DNA of 63,059 nt, counting the filler, from Stramenopiles sp. TOSAG23-3 (lineage: Eukaryota), in NCBI GenBank assembly GCA_900128585.1. It is 10 parts of 10 records of this genome, joined end to end, with 100 filler letters (N's around TTAATTAATTAA, not from the genome) between each part and the next. Parts side by side here need not be neighbours in the genome. Positions count along the whole stretch, not along the records: positions 48,243 to 55,012 come from LT643257.1; positions 55,113 to 61,873 come from LT643258.1; positions 61,974 to 63,059 come from LT646519.1; 7 more parts are not named here. One strand, 5' to 3'. Below are positions 51,974 through 61,975 of this stretch, piece after piece. The translations under genes and the position numbers were made by a program. The first letter of the stretch is position 1. Each line of letters begins with the position of its first letter. The notes under the pieces were generated by a model, which had not been told where the DNA came from, ran no database searches, and saw only the letters and a program-made list of their open reading frames with translations.

Positions 51974-52879
51974 TTATTTGGCCGATGATGGTGAAAAAGT
52001 CAGGGTTCCCGCTTCACTTGTCGTGCAGTGTATAAGAATACTTGGGTACTTTAGTTCTCTATGATGGCCAGCGCAGGCAGCATTTATGTACAGTGTGGTG
52101 GGAGACGTCATGTCTTTTCTTGGTTGGTTGTCTGCGCCGTTTACTGCGTGCTTTGCGGGCGTCATCACTGTTTGTTTTAGTTTTTTTTCTAACGATACCC
52201 CATGCGCATAATGAATATGGCCGCAAACAAAGAGATTGCACTTGTGTAATTTTTCATCGATTGCTTTCCTCAAAGAGGGGCAACCATGGGCTCCATCTAC
52301 GTCACACTTAGGTGGCCCATGACTCAGTAAGATATTTGTATCGGCTGGAATTAGGCCGTACGCATGATTGCCATCCTTCGACGGCCAGTAAAAGTCTGTC
52401 CCGTAAATATGAATAGGAGGGATCCCTGTGTCCCGCTCCAGTATCAGCGACGAGTTTCGAAGAAATACTGCGTTGGAAATAACCTGAGACGCCCTGAGGT
52501 TCCATGAGCTGCTCGACTCGTGATTTCCTAGTATGACTATTTTAATTTTGTGCGGGAGCTCGCCTAACCAATGGTTAAAATCTTCAGCGTCAGAGAGCGT
52601 TCCGTACCTTGTAAAATCGCCGGCGTGGATTAATATATCCCCGACTGGTATATCGTTGGTCAGCGCTCGGTGCATACAATGCGTATCGCTTATGCAAACA
52701 ATTTTTGAAATATCTCCTGTCACTTTTAAGCGCTGCGGTGGGATTCCATGGGCCTGTTTCGGATTTTTAACCCCCACATTAAGGTTTAGCCCAGGATGCC
52801 TGCCCGAGAGACACGACCTTATCCGGCAGTCCATTTTTCTTGCCAAATCTTTGACGCCCCCCGGCGCTTTCCTACTCAT
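51974..52879 (-). CDS. Calcineurin-like metallophosphoesterase (MPPED1/2-like)
   Basis: ISDTH, IHAGDFT, GNHE, LSHGPP, CGHIH, INAA. Confidence 0.92.
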   Translation of the reverse strand: MSRKAPGGVKDLARKMDCRIRSCLSGRHPGLNLNVGVKNPKQAHGIPPQRLKVTGDISKIVCISDTHCMHRALTNDIPVGDILIHAGDFTRYGTLSDAEDFNHWLGELPHKIKIVILGNHESSSSWNLRASQVISNAVFLRNSSLILERDTGIPPIHIYGTDFYWPSKDGNHAYGLIPADTNILLSHGPPKCDVDGAHGCPSLRKAIDEKLHKCNLFVCGHIHYAHGVSLEKKLKQTVMTPAKHAVNGADNQPRKDMTSPTTLYINAACAGHHRELKYPSILIHCTTSEAGTLTFSPSSAK

Positions 52880-53667
52880 CTACGTAACTTTTTAGAGAAT
52901 CAACAAAAACAATGTATCGTTTCTAGCAAATGTTCATGTGTATAAATAGAGAGATATATGCGTCTGTGTATATCCTCTTTGTGTTGTTTTGAAACATCTG
53001 TGTGTGTGATTACATAAAAAAAAAATTCAAATGTGCGTTCACGTTTGTCTTTTGTACTAGCTATATGTTTAAAATACTACTGTGGTAATGTGGTAATACA
53101 CAACAATATAATGGGAGGGCGGGTTAATAAAAAAAAAATAATAGTCCTTTTTTCTTCCTTCCATTCATTTTGTCTTGTTGTGTTTATATAGTTGGTACCT
53201 GTACCGGTACGTACAGGTACAGGTGCTGGTCCTCCTCCTCCTCCTCCAATCCTCCAAGCCTTCTTCTTCTTCTTCTTCCTTCTTTTTCTTCTTCTTCTTT
53301 TCCTTCTTTCGTCTTCTTCTTGCTTCTTCTTTCTTCTTTTCTCCTCCTCCTTCTTTCTTCTTCTTTTCTCCTTCTTCTCTCTCTTCTCTTCTTCTTTTTC
53401 TTCTTCATTTTTTTTATTATATATTATTTTTTATTAATTTATTATTATATTATTTATTCGAAGAACAACAAAAAACAAGTACAAAAAACAAAAACAACCA
53501 CAATTGATTTATTATTACCATGGTAACTATATAGATGATATTATGAGTGTAAACCTTTCCTTTTTCCTTTTGAACAACGACGAAAGACCCCAACGGTAGG
53601 CATCCTAACAACAAACGGGAGGGTTATTGATTTTGCGGTTCGATCGATACTGTTTGACAAGCTTAGG

Positions 53668-54699
53668 ATGGCCCTTCAAGTGTTCAACCTCACGGCGGTT
53701 GCGGCAGTTTGGTGCTTGTTGTTTGGTCGGGGCGGTAGCTCTGCTGGGGTAGAAAAGTGGAGTTTTAAGGCGGAAGGCCCGGTTGGTGGGAGTCCGGCGG
53801 TAGGAAAGGATGGAACCGTTTACGTTGGCTCGGACGACCACAACATGTACTCATTCTCCAGGTTTGGGGAGTTGAAGTGGAAGTACTCTACGGGGGGGAA
53901 AATCTTCTCTTCGACCGCAGTTGGAGAGGACGGGACGGTGTACTTTGGCTCCGCTGACAACTGCCTCCATGGGGTGTATCCGAACGGCACAAAACGCTTT
54001 AGCTTTGAGACGGGGGGAATTGTGTACGGTGGACCTTCGATTGGCCCGGATGGAACCATTTATTTTGGGTCGCTGGACAATCGCACGTACGCGCTTACCG
54101 CCGCGGGAAATTTAAAGTGGACCTTTGAAAGTGGTGCGGTGTATGGCAGCCCTGCGGTAGGAAAAGATGCAGTATACGTTGGTGCAGGCGCAAGCGTTCA
54201 AGCCATAAACAGCGATGGTTCCTTGCGCTGGAAGTCTGCCACTGGCGGGCTCGTTGGAACACGGCCTGCTATCGGTCAAGACGGAACGGTGTACGCTGGT
54301 TCATTTGATCACTCATTCTATGCGATTGGCCAAGATGGTACCAAGAAATGGACTTTCCAAACTGGTGGACCAATTGGTTCGTCCGCCGCGGTAGGCAACG
54401 ATGGCACAGTATACTTTGGGTCTGCCGACATGGCCCTGCATGCCCTCAACAGCGATGGTACTCAAAAGTGGGGTTTTAAGACGGGGAACATGATGGATTC
54501 GTCGCCAGTGCTAGGGCCGGACGGCGACATCTATATTGGTTCGGAGGACCAAAGCTTTTACGCGGTAAAGTCTGACGGGGAGCAAGCGTGGGCTTTTGAA
54601 ACTGGGGGAGCAATACACTCTTCCCCGGCCCTAGGGGCGGATGGGACGGTTTATTTTGGTGACCAAGACATGACATTTTACGCAGTTAGCCCACCATGA
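53668..54699 (+). CDS. Secreted PQQ-like (BamB-type) 8-bladed beta-propeller protein
   Basis: Signal peptide, then eight repeats of about 40 aa: KW.F.TGG.I.SSPA.G.DGTVY.GS.D...YA...DG. Confidence 0.92.
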   Translation: MALQVFNLTAVAAVWCLLFGRGGSSAGVEKWSFKAEGPVGGSPAVGKDGTVYVGSDDHNMYSFSRFGELKWKYSTGGKIFSSTAVGEDGTVYFGSADNCLHGVYPNGTKRFSFETGGIVYGGPSIGPDGTIYFGSLDNRTYALTAAGNLKWTFESGAVYGSPAVGKDAVYVGAGASVQAINSDGSLRWKSATGGLVGTRPAIGQDGTVYAGSFDHSFYAIGQDGTKKWTFQTGGPIGSSAAVGNDGTVYFGSADMALHALNSDGTQKWGFKTGNMMDSSPVLGPDGDIYIGSEDQSFYAVKSDGEQAWAFETGGAIHSSPALGADGTVYFGDQDMTFYAVSPP

Positions 54700-55012
54700 T
54701 ATAAATGAATAGCACCATCCATGCCGTCGTACTCACTGCGAAAGTAAAAAAATGTACCAACAAATTCGAAAAAAATTCGGCGCTTGAGCTCTCTACCATT
54801 TGAATGTTGCAAGCAAGAAAACGGCTTATTCGCTCAATCATGAGTTGGAAAATGATGGCAAATGACAAGCCTTCTTCTTCTTCTCTCAGCAGCAGGCAGC
54901 AGCGCACAGACAACAACAGAGCTGACTCATTGCTTCCTTTATTAAGGATATTATATAATATTGATTCATGGAAATAATATGGTTTCTCATTGTAAATAAT
55001 CGTATAATATTA

Positions 55013-55112
55013 NNNNNNNNNNNNNNNNNNNNNNNNNNNNNNNNNNNNNNNNNNNNTTAATTAATTAANNNNNNNNNNNNNNNNNNNNNNNNNNNNNNNN
55101 NNNNNNNNNNNN
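55013..55112. other. Artificial contig spacer
   Basis: 44 N + TTAATTAATTAA + 44 N. Confidence 0.99.
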
Positions 55113-55769
55113 ATTAATTCCACTTTATTTACTCTTTCTATTATTCGTGTAACAGTTTTCAGATTCCTATGCTATCTTTATATATTTAAAAAAAAAAGCG
55201 AACAAAGATTCCGCGAAGAAAAAAAAGACTAATTTTTGTATTCTTCTCAATCGTATTCTAATGTACATAAAACTACGAAGGCAACAAAATAATATCTCTA
55301 TGGTACCACCATGCAATAGCAGGGCATTTTAAAATTAGAATTGGAATGGCTTTGTTACATCGGTGGCGGTGGTGGTGATCCGATGTGATAATAAAATTCT
55401 TCTTTTTTTCTTCTCTTCTCTTCTCTCTCTTCTTCTTCTGTTGTGTGTGTATGTGTGTGGGTAGTTAAATAATTGTATCGTTTAGGGTTTCATTCATTCA
55501 ATTCTTAATCTATCTCAATACCATCCCTTTCTTCTTTCTTTCTTTCCATTTCGATTCTACTCCGTTCAAATAAGATAGTTTGACGATTTTCTCTCTCTCT
55601 ACGTAGAAAACATAATCTAAAACGTGAGAACCACTGTTTATTTAGAACTGCACAGATAAGTAAACAGCATTTATTGTATATTATCATTCGATCAGTAGAC
55701 AAATTTCCCTACTTTGAACGTTAGGAAAGGTACGAGTGGAACGTCTTCTGAGCAGATCTGCGTTAAAAA

Positions 55770-58700
55770 ATGAGTCGAAAAAGAGCGCAGCAATCTTTAC
55801 AGAAGGGTGGGGGTTCTTTGGGCACGGAAATGTTTCCAGACTTGCACCTAAAGATGTCCAAGAAAATTGCACAGCTGACCAAGGTGATCTACCACCTCAA
55901 CACGCGCAACGAAGACTTTGACATAAACTTGAAGGCGGAAAAGGAAAACCACGCGAACGAAGTAGAAGAAATACTGCAGGACGCGGCCGACAAAATAAAC
56001 AAGTTCAAAGCCCAGTTGGCCAAAGCCAAGCAGAACAGCGCGACAGCAAACGCTTTGAAGAAACTCAGATCCCAGCACGAGAGGGAACGGGAAGAGGCAA
56101 TGAACGAGTTTTCAAAATACAAATCTCGCGTTCAGAAGCGAGAGGACTCCCTGCGAAAAGAGTTCAAGGAGAAGGTCGGCGGGATGAAGCGCGATTTGGA
56201 TGGGGCAAAGAAGACGTTTAAGCAGCGCCTGAAAGCATTCTCTGAAATTCAGAAAAAGCACAAGAATAACGCTTCCATATCAAACGCAGAACTAGAAGAG
56301 TTGAAGAAAGCTCACAAAGAGGAAATCGATGAGCTAGTAAAAACCTGGAACAAGAAGTACAACGATATGCTGTCCGAAAGAATGGATGTTGAGGACGGAC
56401 TGAAGGCCAAATTCGAGGCAGACTTGAACGAGGCAAAAAGGACAATATCTATGAAACACGCAAAGGAGCTGGAGCAGTTCGAAAAGCATTTGCGAGACCA
56501 GTTCGAGAACGAGAAGAAGAAAATGAGTTCCGAGCATGAGGCCTTGATGCGAAAAGAGAAAGACGTATTGGTGAGCAAGATGGAGAAGCTTCTCGTAGAT
56601 TTGGAAGCTGTGAGGGGCGAAAAGATTAACTTAGAGCGGGAGAACGAGAGTCTGTCGAAGCAGATACCAGTGCTTGATAAAAACATTCTGCGCTTAGAGC
56701 ACGAACTTCAAATGCAAAAGAATGCATGCGACATGCTGCGCAAAAACAACGGGGCTTCCACAAAAGAGATGGAGCAGCTGCTCAGCGAGCGCGAGAAAAA
56801 GGTGAGCGCCCTGAACTCCGAGCTGACGAGCTTAAAAGCAAAGTACGAGTCGCAACAGTTACAAATGGAGCAGTTGAAGAAAGACAAAAAGGCCGTGGAA
56901 GCCCAATTGAAGAAGAGCGAAGCCAATGTATTGGACAAGGACAAAAGTCTGAAAAAGACGCAAAGTTCCCTGGAAAAGGAGCAAGCGAAGGTGGTCCAAC
57001 TTCAGAGCAAACTGGACAAACTTAACTCTCAGAACAGCGATTCCGGAAAAACTATTCAGGATTTGGAGAAAAAAGTCAGCGATCTGACGAAAAAATTGCA
57101 GGGCTTGACAAGCAAGCACGAGGCGTTAGAAAAATCGTCCAGCGAAACGATATCGAAGCTGAAAGAAGAGATCAGTAAACTGATGCAAGAGCACGCCGAC
57201 GCCATGAAAAAGAAGCAAAGCGAGATGGACCTTGCACTGGGAAGTGCGAGCAAAACCGCGCAGGATACGATCCAATCGCTCAAGAAGCAATTGGAAGAGC
57301 TGAAAATTTCCAGCAGCAAAGGGTTAGAAGAGCTTAAAAATAGTTTGACCACGAGCCACAAAAAGGCCCTCACGGAATTGGAGTCAAAACTAAAGAGCGA
57401 CCTTGCCGAGCAGAGCAAGAAAGCGAAATCAGCGTACGACGAAATGGAAGAAAAGTTGAAGAAAGAAATCAAGCTCTTGAGCGAAAAATCAAAAGGCGCA
57501 TCGTCCGATTTGTCCAAACTGAACAAGGAACTAGGGCTTGCAAAACAGCAGATTTCAAAGATGGAAAAAGAACTTGCGCGGTACAAGGCAGACAACGACA
57601 AGTTGAAAACACAACTGAAACAGGCAAAGGACGAACTAAAGAGCAAAATCGGCAAGATGCAGGAAGAACTGAGCAAGAAACTCAAGGCAAAGCAGAAGGA
57701 GTTCGAAGATCAAATCCGAAAAGCGGGCGAGACAACCAGGGAAGCCGTGGAAAAACTGAGGAAAGAGATGACCAAAGAACGGGAGGATGCCGTGTCAAAA
57801 TTGAGTGAGGAAATTGAAAAATTGAAGACGGATTACGCCAAGGAGACCAAGGCCATGCAAGAGGCCCACGAGGACAAAACCAAAGAGACGCTGTCGGCGC
57901 ACGAAAAGCACATTGCGGACCTGGAGGCCCAGTGGAAACTGAAGGTGAAGGCCTTGGAAGACCAACTGAAGGCTAATTCGGAGAATTCAGCCAGTTTGGA
58001 GGGTGTGCTGAAGGAAAAGGACGCAATCATCAAACAATTAGAAAGCGATTTAAAGAGCAACGTACAGGCAATCGAGGAAATGAAAAACGAAATGAAAGAG
58101 AACGAACTGAAGTCGGCAAAGGCGTTGAAAGACTTAAAAAACCAAAATTTGATCGCCTTGAACGAGAAAGCTCAAGAGTGCAACAAAAAAATCGCTGCCT
58201 TAAAGGAAGAAATGGGCAACAAAGTGAAACTTGCTGCCGAGGAGCTGGCCAAGAAACTTGCAGCTGCAAAGATGGAACAGACGAAAGCCCTGGCCGAGCA
58301 TGATGCCAAGCACAAAGCGAATGTGGAGAAACTGAAGGAGCTTGAGCACAAGAGACTCGAGGAAGCAGACGTTGCTCGCCAGAACGAAGTGGGTGCGATG
58401 AAGCGTAAAGGAGAAGCAGACGTCGAGGCGATGCACAAGCGATGCGCGGAAGAGGCAAACCTGAATGCCCAGCGGTTGGAGTCGGACTTGAAAGCGTCCC
58501 ACAAAATGTTAGTAGACCGTCTAATTGAAGAAAATGCGGAGCAAACAAGGGAGTTGAACGACGAATTTGTCAAAGCGAGAGCCATTATGGAAGAGCAGTA
58601 CGCAGAGCTGCAAGCGCGCTTTACCAGTTTAGAGGAGAGGTTTTTGAACCGCGAGTCGCGCCCCGAGGACGTGGAGAGAATCAGATTTTTAGAAGCAGAG

Positions 58701-59012
58701 ATGATCAAGAAAAACAAGGAAGTGAAGCGGGTGAAAGAGGAAATGAAATATTTCAAACTAGAACTATTGAACAGGGAAGAGAACTTTAACAGTAAATTTG
58801 GACGTTCACCGAACGTCGGGGTAATGCAGGTCGTGAAAAATAACCAACGTGGGAAGCCTGGTAGTAAAGGCAGAGGCAAAAGTGGGAGCCGAGGCAATAT
58901 GCCAGGTGCCCCAAGCATCGATGGCGCATTACCGCCTCTTGGGTCGCAAAAGAGACGACCGGGTGGACGCCCATCGGGTGGACGCCCATCTGGTCCTGCA
59001 AGCCGGAGATGA
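55770..59012 (+). CDS. FAM184: FAM184-family coiled-coil protein
   Basis: DLHLKMSKKIAQLTKVIYHLNTRNE at the N-terminus; RESRPED and LELLNREENFN.KF...PNVGV at the C-terminus; long coiled coil between. Confidence 0.9.
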   Translation: MSRKRAQQSLQKGGGSLGTEMFPDLHLKMSKKIAQLTKVIYHLNTRNEDFDINLKAEKENHANEVEEILQDAADKINKFKAQLAKAKQNSATANALKKLRSQHEREREEAMNEFSKYKSRVQKREDSLRKEFKEKVGGMKRDLDGAKKTFKQRLKAFSEIQKKHKNNASISNAELEELKKAHKEEIDELVKTWNKKYNDMLSERMDVEDGLKAKFEADLNEAKRTISMKHAKELEQFEKHLRDQFENEKKKMSSEHEALMRKEKDVLVSKMEKLLVDLEAVRGEKINLERENESLSKQIPVLDKNILRLEHELQMQKNACDMLRKNNGASTKEMEQLLSEREKKVSALNSELTSLKAKYESQQLQMEQLKKDKKAVEAQLKKSEANVLDKDKSLKKTQSSLEKEQAKVVQLQSKLDKLNSQNSDSGKTIQDLEKKVSDLTKKLQGLTSKHEALEKSSSETISKLKEEISKLMQEHADAMKKKQSEMDLALGSASKTAQDTIQSLKKQLEELKISSSKGLEELKNSLTTSHKKALTELESKLKSDLAEQSKKAKSAYDEMEEKLKKEIKLLSEKSKGASSDLSKLNKELGLAKQQISKMEKELARYKADNDKLKTQLKQAKDELKSKIGKMQEELSKKLKAKQKEFEDQIRKAGETTREAVEKLRKEMTKEREDAVSKLSEEIEKLKTDYAKETKAMQEAHEDKTKETLSAHEKHIADLEAQWKLKVKALEDQLKANSENSASLEGVLKEKDAIIKQLESDLKSNVQAIEEMKNEMKENELKSAKALKDLKNQNLIALNEKAQECNKKIAALKEEMGNKVKLAAEELAKKLAAAKMEQTKALAEHDAKHKANVEKLKELEHKRLEEADVARQNEVGAMKRKGEADVEAMHKRCAEEANLNAQRLESDLKASHKMLVDRLIEENAEQTRELNDEFVKARAIMEEQYAELQARFTSLEERFLNRESRPEDVERIRFLEAEMIKKNKEVKRVKEEMKYFKLELLNREENFNSKFGRSPNVGVMQVVKNNQRGKPGSKGRGKSGSRGNMPGAPSIDGALPPLGSQKRRPGGRPSGGRPSGPASRR

Positions 59013-59095
59013 TTAAAAATGGTATGGTACGGGAAGAAGATAATTTTAACATTCAATAATGATAAATGTACTCCTCGTAATCTTGTAATATACCT

Positions 59096-59122
59096 AAATA
59101 ACAGCCAATTTTCTTGTTTTAA
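59096..59122 (+). repeat. Copy of AAATAACAGCCAATTTTCTTGTTTT
   Basis: About 85 nt downstream of the FAM184 stop; matches the copies at 23257 and 23307. Confidence 0.9.
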
Positions 59123-60194
59123 AAAAATATGTTTTTTTATATATATTGATGAAATCATCAACTTTAAAAAGAATACGAATTTCGTGCGCTTCATTTTACC
59201 CTTTTATTACACAATGCACATAGATAGGATAATTTCATCATACTATACGAGGTATCCGTAGTGTGTGTTTTGACCGACTAGACGTGTAATAGAACCAAAA
59301 AGAAAAGCTCTTCTTCAATATATTCCAAATATTAATATAGTAGAGAGATCGAGATTTTCTTCTTCTTCTTCTTNNNNNNNNNNAAGGCACAAGCTATTAC
59401 ATGTACATTATAATACAAAGTAACAGCTGAAGAAAGAACACGATGCATGCCAACGTTCATTTATTCTTAAGAAAAAGGGAAATTAAACCCTAATTATATC
59501 ACTAATAATCACCCAGGCAAGAAATCCACCATCATTTATTTCAGTATAATAATATATATACTTAAATACTTAATAAGTATAAGAAGAAATAAAATCGTCG
59601 TTCTTCCCAGTGGTGTACATTAAATAGATTCTATTCCCTATCTAAATTAATACTGTTGTGTTCTTGTTGGTTTATTATTTATTTTATTATACTTCATCAT
59701 TACTTTTTTTGTATTCTTCTTCTTCTATTTATTTATTATTTAACAAAAAAAAAAAACAAAACGTTTTTTTTTTCTTCTTCTTCTTCTTCTTCTTCTTCTT
59801 CTTCTTCTTCTTCTTCTTCTTCTTCTTTCTTCTTCTCTCTTTTTTCTTCTTTTTATTTTAATATTATAATACCATCCAGGATAGTAGTACCTACAGTAGT
59901 ATGTATTTCTTTTTTTTCTTTTTTTTTTCTAATTATTTAAATTATTCTACTACTTACCATTACTACTACAACAACCGGAACCAGGTACCGGTACTCGACC
60001 GTACTTCTTCTCACAAGAAGAAGAAGCGCATATGCATCTGAAGATGCTACTGTAAACGTTTAAACAATATTGTGGAAACGTGGGAAGACAATTTTGTTAA
60101 TACTCAAACAAATTTAGACTCAAATATTTCCCCTCTTTCTCCCAAGAGAAAATCGGTATATTTAGTATTTTTTGTAAAGATTTCGTACGGACAG

Positions 60195-60719
60195 ATGGAA
60201 GCTCGCCGGTCGTCTGACGAAAAGCACAAAAAGAAACGGGGTGACTCTCTGAGTGCGCTGAAAAGTTTTTATTCGAAGAGCAAGTACCGTGGCGATCGTA
60301 CAAGGCGCGAACTGAATGATGTGACAAATAGTTTTGAGCATAAATTCTCTGAAGACGACGAGCATTATGCGAGCAGTGGAAATAGTAGGAATGGCAGCTC
60401 AGAAAATAGTGGTTTTTATACGGCACGGGGTGGGTATGTTTCAGCAAAGTATTCGCTGGTCACCCCAAGGAACAGCGAAGGAGGGACAAAATATGACGAC
60501 CAAAATGACGTCTATCGGAATCATGAAGCCCCACGAGTACAAGCAGCCCCGCGAAAGTCTAGAGCTTCTAGGGACACAAGGTACAACGAAGTGCCAAACA
60601 CTGCACGGGATGGTTTGGGAGTCGGCAGTGCGAGGTCTATCTGCAACTCGTTGAAGCACCGGGGAGGGCCAAGACTCGAAGCAATAGGCGACAGCGAAGA
60701 AGACGAAACATGCTTTTAA
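60195..60719 (+). CDS. Hypothetical disordered protein (about 174 aa)
   Basis: First ATG at 60195; repeated TAR/TPR/SAR tripeptides; no domain recognised. Confidence 0.5.
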   Translation: MEARRSSDEKHKKKRGDSLSALKSFYSKSKYRGDRTRRELNDVTNSFEHKFSEDDEHYASSGNSRNGSSENSGFYTARGGYVSAKYSLVTPRNSEGGTKYDDQNDVYRNHEAPRVQAAPRKSRASRDTRYNEVPNTARDGLGVGSARSICNSLKHRGGPRLEAIGDSEEDETCF

Positions 60720-60951
60720 TCTCGCGCCGCCGAATTTCGAAGTTCACAATTTTGTCCAAAGACACAACACCGACAAGATGGTATGTTAAGCAAAGTGGAA
60801 CCTTTCATTAAACCGTAATGGTTCATAATAAAATTTTATTTTTGATTACGTACGAAATATTTCACGCGAAGCAAAATACTACATACTTCTCGCGCGGTGG
60901 TGATCATTGTTTTCGATGATAACAACAACGAGTTTCACAACCGCGATCCTG

Positions 60952-61043
60952 TGGTGACTTTTTTTTTCAGTGCAAAGCTGCGCACATCCTGATGATTCCA
61001 GGATTCCGTTATTTATGCGCAAGGCACATCATTTTCGTCACCA
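60952..61043 (-). promoter_or_regulatory. SECIS element (type II-like) in the GPx 3' UTR
   Basis: Minus strand: helix I TGGTGAC/GTCACCA; core ATGAT...TGAA; helix II GTGC-CT-TGCGCAT / GTGCGCA-GCTTT-GCAC; apical AAA 13 nt from the core; mini-helix TCCTG/CAGGA. Confidence 0.85.
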
Positions 61044-61078
61044 AACCAAAGCTTTATGCCCCCACTACTTCCCAACGA

Positions 61079-61650
61079 CTATAGCTTGCTTCGGTTTCCA
61101 ACCAAAACATCGATGTGGGACGACAGAGCCTTTGCCCCCTTTTTATCAAATCGCTCCACAGACTGCCCCGAACGGTGCACCAAGAACACCGTGCCGAAGT
61201 TCCAGTGTATATCTTTCTCGCTCGTGTTCGATTTGAGCCAAGCAAAGACGGGGTTAGAATGGGGCCCATTCACGTCAGATTTTTGGAACAGATTAAAACC
61301 ATCCCTAATCAAATTGAATTTTGATCGGACAAAATCTTTAATCTCAGAATTTTCTTTCAATTCTTGCCCTCCCTGTTGTGAGAGGATTATGATAGGTTGA
61401 AGTTAGCGGACCGCGGCAACCTGTTCGAGAAGGAGGAGAAAATACTTACAAACTGGCCAGAGGGAAACGCCAGGACTTCTACATCAGGGTATTTGCTGTT
61501 CAACAGCTCCTCCATTTCCTTATAGCGTTTCTTTGTATATCCTCATTTGGAAGCGACGTTCGTGACGAACGCTACCTTCCCTTTGAACTTTGAAAAGTTC
61601 ACGACATTCCCGTCGGTGTCAGGGAACGACAGGTCGTGAAAGGAAGCCAT
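61079..61650 (-). CDS. GPX: Selenocysteine glutathione peroxidase, 2 exons (61650-61450, 61372-61079), 164 aa
   Basis: MASFHDLSFPDTDGNVVNFSKFKGKVAFVTNVASK-U(TGA 61545-61543)-GYT...VLAFPSGQF^GGQE...KSDVNG...IHWNFG; 77-nt intron GTAAGT..GCTAAC..ACAG; SECIS downstream. Confidence 0.95.
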
Positions 61651-61873
61651 GGTATGAACTAGTTTCTGTGAGCTCAGCTTGCACTGGGGCGTCCAACGAT
61701 GCTTTAACGTTGATAGAAACATACACGTTTATTTCTATTTCTTTGATACCCAAAGCAATATTATTGGCCTCTGCATTCAAAAAATATTTTCGCTGTATCA
61801 AATTCATGCAACACTTCCCTTTCATTACATTAGAGTACTTGTTCCAAAACGTGTTAAGAAAAAAAAAGATGAT

Positions 61874-61973
61874 NNNNNNNNNNNNNNNNNNNNNNNNNNN
61901 NNNNNNNNNNNNNNNNNTTAATTAATTAANNNNNNNNNNNNNNNNNNNNNNNNNNNNNNNNNNNNNNNNNNNN
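61874..61973. other. Artificial contig spacer
   Basis: 44 N + TTAATTAATTAA + 44 N. Confidence 0.99.
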
Positions 61974-61975
61974 TC

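Noticed and set aside
55481-55490. Isolated TTTAGGG/CCCTAA words as telomeres
   Set aside because: Single copies with no tandem array.
60781-60970. Apparent plus-strand intron GTATGT...TTTTTTTCAG
   Set aside because: Lies after the stop of the plus-strand ORF, and the acceptor-like tract is explained as the antisense of the SECIS 3' arm.
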